From Lama guanicoe (Eukaryota), in assembly GCA_013239625.1 (NCBI GenBank), contig MU053881.1, forward strand, positions 124,001 through 188,000: a stretch of 64,000 bases of DNA. Reading direction: 5' to 3'. The position numbers and the translations under genes were made by a program. The notes beneath the pieces were generated by a model. The model was not told where the DNA came from. It saw only the letters and a list, made by a program, of their open reading frames with translations, and ran no database searches. Shown here in pieces: positions 54,611 to 64,000 of the stretch (position 1 is the first letter of the stretch; every line of letters starts with the position of its first letter).

Positions 54611-56109
54611 GGCGGCGGCCGCGCTCCCCCAGCCAGCGAGCGCCCCGACCGCCGCCGCCGCTGCAACATCCGGGCCGCTCATTGGCCGCCGCCACCAGGC
54701 GCGACCATTCGGCGTCCGGGGAGGTCGCTCCTCAGCCTCAGGCCCCGCCCCCGTCCCAGCCCCGCGCTGGGAGGAGTGAGCCGGCCCGGCGCGCTCCCGG
54801 GCCTTCCGCCCCGCCAGCCCGCCTCGCTGGCTTCCTGCCCCGTCGCTTCCACTTTCCCATCTTAACGCGCCTCCGCTTTTCAACTGTCTCTCTTTTTTTC
54901 GTTTTGTCTCAGGGTGTTCACTTTCGTCACCTCTCTTCCCTCTTTTTCCTTGATCTTCCAGCCTTCCGTTTCCCCTTCAATCACCTGGAAACACCTACAG
55001 GCTTTCCGACTTCTGACCTTATTAGCCAGTATCTTACCTCCTGAAGACAGGACAGTCCATCGTGAACAGTCGCATGAGTCTTCTTGCCTCAGATATGCAG
55101 AAAAAACTAATTAATGGCCCGTTTCAGACCATGAATGGTTATTCAGTCCATTAAATTAAAGGACGGTCCTGGCGGTGGGCGCCTAGCCCAGAATAACCAC
55201 CGGCAGCTCCGTTCCAGGATTACGATGTTCTACTCAGGTGGTGATTGAAAATGGCTAGAGAAAGGACTGGGCGGATTGAGGATGCTTGCGTCAGGGCACA
55301 TCGGGTGACTAGTGGACAAGGTCCTGTGCTGAGGCCAGGGCAGAGAGAGAGGAAGCAGGCCCCAGCCTGCCCTGAGTAAGCTCACAGACTAGGAACGAGA
55401 GACACACCCAAGAGTCTTAAAATCCGTTAGAGATGCAGGCTGACAGGCACGGCGTGATGAGGGGAGAGGAACTGCTGACAACTCACCTACGTGGCATGTT
55501 GGATGGGGTCCTGACTCTTTCCTGGAAAATCAACTCTGAAGAAACGAGAGTGACACGGTTTCCAGGAACTAACAATAGCAACAAAGTCGTTGCTATTTTG
55601 TTTTTGCAAAATGAGACACCTGTCTTGGGCTAGAAAATATGGGGAATGGGTGGCTGCTGTTGGGGCAGAGGAGGGCTGGAAGGGCAAGGAAAAGACTGAG
55701 AGACAAAAGCTGTTTGAGTTCTGTGCTTGCCTCTCGTAAGCATGGCCTTGCGATGGTCACTGCTTGCCATTTGCCAAGAAATCAACAGTGACAGCCCAAT
55801 CGTCTAGTGCCAGAGAACACTGGACAAGGGCAGGACAACATGAAAGCCCAGCAGGTGTAGCGGATTGCTGAGAACAGGTGTAGACTGACCAGCTGCCTGT
55901 GGGTATCCCTCTGTGCCCTCCAACCCCGAGTTTCTGAGTGCTGGGGTTGTGCAGCCCCTGGGCTGTAGAAAGTGTCACCAGACTGAGGGGCCGGTGGCAC
56001 TCTCCACCTACCATGTGAGTGCTGTGCACTGGCAGCCTGTGCTCCAGCCTGGAGAGAGAGGGGACTTTTTGTCATCCACCTGCCCAGAGCAGCTACTTTT
56101 TGTGATTGG

Positions 56110-56905
56110 CACAATGTGTACAGAGGTTGGGTAGTCCAGCTGCATAACAAAAACCGTAGTAGCATAAAACCACAAGTTTATTGTATCTCATGATTCTAGC
56201 GCTCAGTTAGACAGTTCTACTGGGCTCTCTTGGGTCTCATGCCTCTACTGAGAAGGTGAATGGGGGTTGGATGTCTGGCCTCTGTGTCCCCAAAGAGGCC
56301 TCCCTGTGTAATGTCTCATCCTCCCACTTCTTTTTATGGCTTCTGTCCAGCAGGTTATCATGGACATCTTGCATGGCAACCCAGGATTCCAAGCGAGAGG
56401 AAGTAGAAGCTGCCAGACTTTTTGAAGAATGTCGCTTCCTCTTTGTTCTTTCTATTGGTCAAAGCAGTCACAAGCCCAGTCCAAATTCAAGAAAAAGGGC
56501 ATAAAAAGTGCAGGAGCTGCATGCACGTAAAAGAGGGATGGACTTAACTGGGGATACCACACAGAGGGAACCAGTGGTTGCCCTGCCTGCGCACATCCTG
56601 TTCTTTCTGAATATCTCAAGAGAACCCCACCAGATGCCTTTCCAGGTCCAGGCCAAAGTGCCCGCCATGTTGGGCGAGAAGTCCCATCACAAGTCATAGA
56701 ACCACAACTCAAACAGGCTTTATGCAGAAAGAGTTTATACAGGTGTTTAGATAGTGCATAACTGCAAAGTTCTGGCAACTTGAGATGTCGACAATAATCA
56801 GTCCAGTCTCAGTCCCCAGCCTTCCACTCGGCTTCCGTCCCTGCTGGCTTCTTCAGTGGGCTGCGTGAGCAGGCAGTAGAGGTGGCCACCAGCATCTGCA
56901 GCTCC
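56110..56905. mobile_element. MLT1-type (ERVL-MaLR) LTR remnants
   Basis: agctgcataacaaaaacc...tctcatgattct...ctattggtcaaagcagtcacaagcccagtccaaattcaag. Confidence 0.65.
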
Positions 56906-56912
56906 AGCTGCA

Positions 56913-58729
56913 AAGGCACACCTCGTTTTATTACCGTTCACTTTATTGTGCTTCGTAGATTTATTTTTACAAACCAGGGGATTGTGGGAACCCTGTGCTG
57001 AGCACGTCTATCGGTGCCAGTTTCCAATAGCATTTGCTCACTTCATGTATCTGCATCACATATGGTAATTCTCACAATATTTCAAACTTTTTCATTGTTA
57101 TCATATTTGTTATGGTGGTCTGTGATCAGTGATTTTTGATGTTACTATTGTAATTGTTTTGAGGCACCACAAACTGGGCCCATGTAAGTCAACAAACTTA
57201 ATGAATGTTGTGTGTCCTGACTGCTCCACCAGCAGGCCATTCCTCTGCCTCGCTCCCTCTCCTCAGGCTCCCCTAATCCCTGGGACAGAACAGTATTGAA
57301 ATGAGATGAGTTAGTAACCCTAACATGGCCTCTAAGTGTTCAAGTGAAAGGAAGATTCACACGTCTCTCACTTTAAGTCAAAAGCTAGAACTGATTAAGC
57401 TTAAGGAGGAGGCATGTCAAAAGCTGAGACCGGCTGAAGCTAGGCCTCTTGTGCCAAGCTTTCAGTGCAAAAGAGAAGTTCTTGAAGAAAATGAAAACCG
57501 CTACTTCAGTGAACACATGAATGATGAGAATGAAACAGCCGTATTGCTGATACGGAGAAAGTTGCAGTGGTCTGGTTAGAAGGTCAGACCATCCACAACA
57601 GTCCCTTAAGGCAAAGCCTGATCCAGAGCAAGGCCCTGACTCCTTCAATTCTATGAAGGCTGAGAGAGGTAAGGAAGCTGTAGAAGAAAAGTTTGACACT
57701 AACAGAGGTTGGTTTACAAAGGTCAAGGAAAGAAGCCGTCTCCATAACATAAAAGTGCGAAGTGAAGCAGCCAGTGCCGATGCAGAAGCTGCAGCAAGTT
57801 ATCCGGAAGATCTAGCTCGGATAATGAATGAAGGTACCTACACTAAACAACAGACTTTTTATGTAGACAAAACAGCCTTCTATTAGACAAAGACGCCGTC
57901 TAGGACATTCATAGCTACAGAGGAGAAGTCAATGCCTGGCTTCAAACCTTCAGAGACAGTGTCTGATTCTCTTGTCAGGGGCTGATGCCGCTAGTGATTT
58001 GAAGTTGAAGCCAATGCCTGTTTATCATTCCAAAAATCCCTTAATAATGATGCTAAGTCTACTCTGCCTGTGCTCTGTAAATGGAACAACAAAGCCTGGA
58101 TGACAGCACATCTGTGTACAACATGGCTTACTGGTTCTTTTCAGCCCATTTTTGAGACCTACTGCTCAGGAAAAAAAAGATTCCTTTCAAAACATTACTG
58201 CTGGAGTAGGGCAATATAGGGGTAGGATTTAGAATAAATTAGCTGACAAAGCAGTGGCAGGATTTGAGAGGACTGACTCCAGTTTTGAAAGGAGTTCTAC
58301 TGTGGGTAAAACCGTAGCATTGCATGCTACAGAGAAATCTTTTGTGAAAGGAGATCAATTAATATGGCTAACTTCATTATCGTCTTATTTTAAGAAATTG
58401 CCTCAACCACCTCAACTTTCAGCAGGCACCACCCTGGTTAGTTCACAGCCACCAACATCAAGACAAGATCCTCTATCAGCAGAAATTTTATGACTTGCCG
58501 AAGGCTCAGGAGCTGGTTAGCATATTTTTAGCAATAAAGCATTTATTACTTAAGGTATGTACATTTTTAGGTATAGTGCTATTGTGTACTAAATAGTCTA
58601 CATTACAGTGTAAATATAACTTTTATATGCGCTGGGAAACTAAAAAATTCATGTGAATCCCTTTAATGCAGTGTCTGCTGTAGCTCAGTGGTCTTAAACT
58701 AAATCCACAATATCGCCAAGGTTTGCCTG
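56913..58729 (+). mobile_element. Tigger1 DNA transposon, internally deleted; transposase pseudogene
   Basis: Termini aggcacacctcg... and ...caaggtttgcctg. Frameshifted transposase remnants MASKCSSERK..LTLSQKLELIKL (57325) and [18 protein letters not shown] (57653). Confidence 0.9.
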
Positions 58730-59589
58730 TGTATTTTTTTTTCCCCTAAGATTAAACCACCTTTTTCATTTCTATTAAAGTAATTTGTGGGCATGGTTTT
58801 TAAAGAATAAGACTAAACAACAGAAAGGCATAAAGAAGAAAGTGGAGGTCTGGTCCCTGGCCCCACCCTAGCCACATGCCCCAAAGATTTGAACTGATTA
58901 CAATGGTCTGGCCTTAAATAACAAAACAAAGCAAAACAAACAAACCTAACACCCTCGAACATGCTTACTGAGCGAGGAGTGTACTGACTCCCAGGACTGA
59001 AAGTCCGAATGCAGGGCACCCATGGTGGTTTGACTTAAAGGCCTGTAGGCAGACTAATCACTGATACGACCCTGGGCAAAAAATGTTGTCTTACCTTGCT
59101 GTTTATTTTAGGCGATGGGATGTTGAAGAGATGGCAGGAGATAGAAGTAGGAGGGAAATCTGAAAGATGTTTCTTATGGAAATTGGACTAAAAAAATTAA
59201 AGGAAAGTTGTGTATTGTTTGACACAGTTAAAATGAGGCCTGTTAAGTTTCCAAAACTGACGTTGTGAGCAGACCTTCCAGTGGGCAAGTGGGGCAATGG
59301 TGTTTGTCTTCAGGACACCTATGTGGGCACTTCACCTGGACCAATGGCCCCTGGGTGGATCCTCTGCCTCTGTGGGCAGTGGGGTCAGTTCAGAACCCTC
59401 TGTGGGGTGTTCACAGGGAAACTCGGTGGAGTTGAAGGCAAAAACCTGAAGAGATGCAGGGGACATGGGTCCTTCCAGAGACAGCTGGGGCCATGGGGCT
59501 TTATTGGGAGGGGCTGAGGTGACGGAAGTCCCAGGTTTCTTGATTCGTGGGTCTTGATTCATGGGTCACTCTCTGAATTTATTTGGATT

Positions 59590-60050
59590 TCTTCAGTTTC
59601 TAGAATAGAAATCTGACTTGAAGTAATTAAGCAGAAATGGGACTGCATTGGCTCAGGACAATACCAGCTGCTCTAATAAACAGATACATAATTTCTTGTT
59701 CAAGTAACATTCAGCAAGTGATTTTTCTTCCTAGTAATGACTCAGAGACCTGGGCCCTTTCCTCTCATGGCTCTGTCACCCCCTAGGGCAGTGGTTCCCT
59801 ACTGATAACTGTATACTCTGTGTGTCGGAGGCAGGCGTCTTTTAGTTCCCAAGTTACTGGACCACAAGAAACCCTATTGGGACCTCTGGCTGCTCTGAGT
59901 TGTATGGGCCCCGAGGTCAGCCCAGGGGCAAGGATGGGAGCGCTCTGGAAATATGGGAGGCCAAAGGGATAAGCCGTACCAGGATGGCAGGATAACTCTT
60001 CTCCCAGAATAAAGATGAAACTTCCCAGCCTCGCTTTACTTGCCAGCATT
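59590..60050. mobile_element. MLT/ERVL-type LTR remnants
   Basis: aatctgacttgaagtaattaagcagaaatggg...ttggctca; gtaatgactcagagacctggg...; boundaries approximate. Confidence 0.4.
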
Positions 60051-61077
60051 CTTAGAGCTAAGTAGGAATAAATATCTAGGAAACCCTCTGCTTAACTGTC
60101 AACGGAGCGCCGCCTCCAGAGTGGGGAGGGGCAACATCTGGTTGAGTAGAGTATGGAGGGGAGAGGCTCTGAGATCTAATTTCCTCTCAAAGCGCCTCCT
60201 CCCATTTTTCTAGGTTTTATCCTCCTCATCACTTAAAACAAACAAAGAAACAAACAAACAAAAAGAAATCTTCAGGTGAAGTTTGGCTGATGCCATTTCC
60301 TGAGACTTTTGAAGATTTTTAAGTTTTGTTTTGATTTGTTTCATTTGTTTTCCTTCACAGAAGTCCCCTTCATCTTAAAAAAAAAAACTTTTCATTTTGA
60401 AATAATTATAGATTTACATGGAGTTGCAAGGAACCGTATAGGGAGGTCGCATGCATCCTGCACTCAGTTGTTCCCAGTATTTATATCCTGTGTAACTACA
60501 GGACAATAACAAACCCAGCAAATCGACATTACATACAGACCTTCAAGCTTTCACCAGTTAACACATGCACTCATGTGTGTGTGTGCGCATGTGTGTAGCT
60601 TTATGCCATTTTGTCACAAGTATGTAATCAAGACACTTAACTGTATCACTACCTCTACAATCTCACCCGCCCCTCCCCAGCCCTAGCCTGGCTAATCACT
60701 AATCTCATCTCTGTAATTACATTCTTTCACAAATGTTATATAAACAGAATTATGCAGTATGTAACCTCTTGAGATTGGCTTAGCATAATTTCTTTGAGGC
60801 TCCCCCGAGTTGTTGCACGTATCGATGATTCCATCCTTTTTGTTGCTGCATAGCATTCCACAGTCTGGATGTACCACATCAGTTGAAAGACATCAGGGTC
60901 ATCTCTAGTTTGGTGCTGTCACGAGTAAAGCTGCTAGAATATTCATGTGCAAGTTTCTGCGTGAAACAAAGTTTTCATTTCTCTAGCTAAAGGCCCCAGC
61001 ATGTAATTGCTGGTCCATGTGGTAATTCCGTTTTCAGTAGACTAGGAACTGCCAAACTATTTTCCAGAGTGCCTGTA

Positions 61078-61561
61078 TGTTTTAATCATTTTCCCTTGGG
61101 TGAGATATGGTGAGGCTAGACACAGTCCAGGAGAGAAACACTGGAAAGAATTTTACAGTCTGTTACTCTGAGTTCAATGAGGGAGGACACAGCTCTTCAC
61201 ACAGGGCCACAGAGGGAAGCACCAGGCGAGTAGGGAGGGTGAGGTGGGGGGGAATCGTGGGCAAGCAATTTATCGTGGTTTCTGCAGGAAGAAATGACTG
61301 AGGCAAGGTAAGCAGGTTTAGCACTGGATAATTTGAGTAATTTCTGTTGCCCCTGCGGCATGAGGGCAGCCCTTGGTTGTCCGGTGCCCGGCGCTGGGGT
61401 GATTAGGGCAGGTGTATAGTGGCTAGGAGTGCGAGAGCCCAGCAAAGGAGATAGTTGGGAGTGTGGTGGGCTTAGCTGGCTGCTGAAGGAGGAGAACTGG
61501 CTAGCCTCTAGCCAGGGTCTCAAAACTCGGTTGAGACAGCATTTTAAAAAATTGTATTACA
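61078..61561 (-). mobile_element. Solo LTR, ERVL class (MER73/MER74-like)
   Basis: TG...CA ends; 5-bp TSD ctgta (61073-61077) and ctata (61562-61566); splits a contiguous L1 motif. Confidence 0.7.
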
Positions 61562-61821
61562 CTATATTATTTTACATTCCCACCAGCAATGTGTGATGGA
61601 TCCAGTTTCTCCATGTCCTCACTGTCATTTGTGTTATTACTATTTTTATTTTGGTCATTCTGAGAGGTGTGTAGCAATGTCTCATGATAGCTTTATTTAA
61701 CATTTTTCTAATGGCTAATGATGTCGAACATCTTTCCATTTGCTTACATTCCATCTGTGTATCTTCTTTGGTAAAATGTCTATGGATGTCTTTTGCCCAT
61801 TTTGAAATTGGATTGTCTTTT

Positions 61822-62140
61822 TCTTAATTGAAGTATAGTCAGCTACAATGTGTCAGTTTCTGGTGTACAGCACAATGTCCCAGTCATGTATATATATACA
61901 TACACACATACATTCATTTCCATATTCTTTTCCATTAAACGTTATTGTAAGATATTGAATATAGTTCCTTGTGCTATAAAGAAGAAATTTGTTTTTATCT
62001 ATTTTTATATATAGTGATTAACATTTGCAAATCTGAAACTCAAATTTATCCCTTCCCACCCCCTTTCCCTGGTTAACCATAAGATTGTTTACTATGTCTG
62101 CGAGTATGTTTTTGTTTTGTAGATGAATTCATTAGTGTCA
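61822..62140 (-). mobile_element. Young 5'-truncated L1 3' end, similar to the tail of 34113-40972
   Basis: Reverse complement of ...ctgactatacttcaattaa tail; perfect 11-bp TSD gattgtctttt at 61811-61821 and 62141-62151. Confidence 0.88.
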
Positions 62141-62790
62141 GATTGTCTTTTCGATGTTGAGTTTCAGGAGTTCCTTATATTCTGGATACAGGTCTTTTGT
62201 CAAATATGCAACTTGCAAATATTTTCTCCCAGTCTGTAATTTGTCTTTTCATACTCTTAATAGGGTCAATTGCTGAGCAAAAGCAATTTTAAATTTGATG
62301 AGATCCAATTAATCAAGTTTTCCTTTTATGAGTCATACTATTGCTTAAGAATTCTTTGCCTAATCCCAGGTCTTGAAGATTTTCTCCTTTTTTTCCTAGA
62401 AGTTTTACATTTTACTTTGAAGTCCATGGTCTATTTTGAGTTAAAATTTGTATAAAAATGGAGAATTAGTTCAAGGTTCTTTGTTTTTGCTATGGGTACC
62501 TACTTGCTCCAGCACCATGTACTGAAAAGCTTCTCTCTCTCTCATTGAATTGTTCCCTTTGTTGTAAATTAATTGAGCATATTTGTGTTGCTCTATTTCT
62601 TCATTTTCTAGTCCATTAATCTATGACTCTCCTGACAAGATCACTGTTTCGATTACTGTAGCTACTCGTAAAAACTTAGTATCTCAAAGAATGATTACTC
62701 TCACTTTATTTTTCTTTTGGAAAACTGTTTTGGCTATTGCAGGGCCTTTCCCTTTCCGTCTAAAAGTTTGAATAAGCTTTTCTATACCTG

Positions 62791-63298
62791 TGCTAACTGA
62801 AAATTGGCGCTTGCCATCTGCCACTACAAGGACTGGGTCACATTGGCACTTGCCATCTAACTCTGCTTGTATTAAATCATGAGCCAGTGCAGCTGCTGAC
62901 TTCCAACACATCCTGAAAGGAGTTCAGGATGGAGATCAGGAATGAGGCGCTCTGTCCTCTAGGAAAACTGGCTGAGCAAGCCTTCAGATAGGTATTTTCA
63001 GGAGAAGATTTTATGACTCCAATTCTTGAGTCTCCTCATATCCAGAAAAGCACTAAAATCGTTAACAGTGACATCTGCTCCTCGTGGGTAGCAGCAGTCT
63101 CGGCCTAAGTGTGTGCTTGACTGCACGTCCCCCTCCACTGAAATCGTGTGTCATACATGCTGAGTTTTCCCCATGCCTCTTTGGAGCAGTTTCTCAGAGC
63201 TTCCCGTGACGCTGTCTCCTGGGCCACAGTCCTCATTTTGCCCCCAAATAAAACTTAACCCACAACTCTCACGTTGTGTGATTTTATTTCAGGTGACA
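62791..63298 (+). mobile_element. Solo LTR, ERV1 class
   Basis: TGctaactgaaaat...atttcaggtgaCA imperfect inverted ends; AATAAA near 63247; 4-bp TSD cctg/ccta; internal direct repeat attggc(g/a)cttgccatct. Confidence 0.75.
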
Positions 63299-64000
63299 CC
63301 TATAAAACAAAGCTTGCTGAGATTTTGACAGGGATTGTGGTAAATCGGTAGATCAATTTGAGGAGAATTAGCATTTCTGCTGTGTTGAATCTTTCAAATC
63401 TCGAACAAGGTATGTCTCTTCAATTATTTAAGTCATCACTGATGGCTTTCATCAACATTTTACCACACTGATCTTGTGATTGTTTTGTTAGATTTATACC
63501 TAAGTATTACATTTCTTTGGAGCAGTTCTAAATTGTATTTTTTTAAATTTCAATTTCTACTTGCTTGTTGTCAGTATATAGAAATACTTCTGCATGGTAA
63601 TTTTGTATCCTGCCATCTTACTGAACTCACTTATTGCAGATGATTTTTATACATTTCTTGGAGTTTTCAACATAGACAATCTTGTTGTCTGCAAATAAAG
63701 ATAGTATTATTTCTTTCATTCCCGTCTGTATGCTTTGCTTTGCTTTGCTTTTTTTCTCCCTTGCCCCGTCACAGTGGTTAGAACTTCCAGTACGATGCTG
63801 AGCAACAGAGGTGAAAGCAGACACGCTGGATCTGGGTGTCAAGTGCTCTCCTACAGCGCCCTTCCGTTTTGGTCATTATGTAAGGAACTGTCAGCCCCAC
63901 TTAGTCTTCTGTGTTACCAGGCAGTCACTAGTTCAGTCTGTGGGCTCTGTCTACTTTTGCAGACTTTCACTTCAATGACAGTTTAGTTTTCGGAGCCCTT

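Larger units (their letters stand above)
172..54620 (-). other. CNOT6: CNOT6 gene body (exons 1-11; final coding exon outside the window; TSS approximate)
   Basis: Ten coding exons with GT-AG ends and compatible phases (112+187+86+105+69+158+155+155+231+203 = 1461 nt) translate to MPKEKYEPPDPRRMY...YTNYTFDFK. The protein has an LRR domain and an EEP nuclease with motifs YNVL, LQE (E240), AHMHWDP and CADLNS. The MPKEKYEPPD start and exon 5/6 linker match CNOT6 better than CNOT6L (recalled). Confidence 0.96.
54321..54620 (-). other. CNOT6: CNOT6 non-coding exon 1 (5' UTR); 5' boundary uncertain
   Basis: Strong donor GAG|gtgagc at 54321/54320 inside the window's main CpG island. Exon 2 carries only 2 nt of UTR, so an upstream exon is required. 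Confidence 0.75.
53980..54875. promoter_or_regulatory. CpG island and TATA-less promoter of CNOT6
   Basis: Very GC- and CpG-rich block in an AT-rich window. CCAAT box (attgg 54681-54685), GC boxes (about 54743-54751 and 54806-54815), ETS-like cttcctg (54831-54837), YY1-like GCCGCCATGATG (minus strand, 54616-54605). Confidence 0.9.
60385..63825 (-). mobile_element. Old L1 (L1MD/L1MC-like) 3' portion hosting three nested insertions
   Basis: Reverse L1 3' end at about 60385 (ttttgaaataattatagatttacatggagttg) and ORF2 motifs (cattcccaccagcaatg, ttgctccagcaccat, gtctgcaaataaagatag). Confidence 0.85.

Noticed and set aside
54609..54779. Plus-strand ATGGCGGCGGCC ORF as a head-to-head gene
   Set aside because: Stops after fewer than 60 codons, has no convincing downstream exons, and the motif is explained by a YY1-like site.
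53796..55044. Long Arg/Pro/Ala-rich ORFs on both strands (174, 178 and 216 aa)
   Set aside because: Expected from stop-codon scarcity in a CpG island; low complexity, non-ATG starts and no recognisable domain.
57325..58493. Domesticated transposase gene (TIGD1-like)
   Set aside because: Frameshifted, contains stops, has a large internal deletion and retains transposon termini; an ordinary Tigger1 fossil.
1..64000. Prokaryotic systems (CRISPR arrays, operons, defence islands) or contamination
   Set aside because: No regularly spaced repeats or dense ORFs; the window is explained by a spliced mammalian gene plus mammalian repeats.

Overview
Mammalian genomic DNA, probably camelid (a Vic-1-like tRNA-derived SINE is present). 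The window holds most of CNOT6 (CCR4a, the LRR plus EEP-nuclease deadenylase of the CCR4-NOT complex) on the minus strand. It includes the CpG-island promoter, a non-coding exon 1 (donor at 54321/54320) and coding exons 2-11 (31701 down to 172). These splice with GT-AG ends into an uninterrupted 1461-nt (487-codon) frame; the last exon lies left of the window. Introns and the upstream region are mostly transposon relics (old and young L1, L2, MIR, CR1/L3, solo LTRs, Tigger1, MER20, MER82, Charlie), and there is one 300-N gap. Main observations: (1) a chain of ATGA-coupled uORFs in the leader, one reading a CGG repeat as poly-Arg in the codons that recruit CCR4-NOT via CNOT3, a possible autoregulatory element; (2) many mostly A/T-to-G/C amino-acid changes in the usually conserved N-terminal/LRR half; (3) a perfect 219-bp copy inserted 2.3 kb away inside an ancient L1; (4) an in-frame alternative donor in exon 5 and a candidate poison exon in intron 4. 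Repeat family names and human comparisons are from memory, not from database searches.
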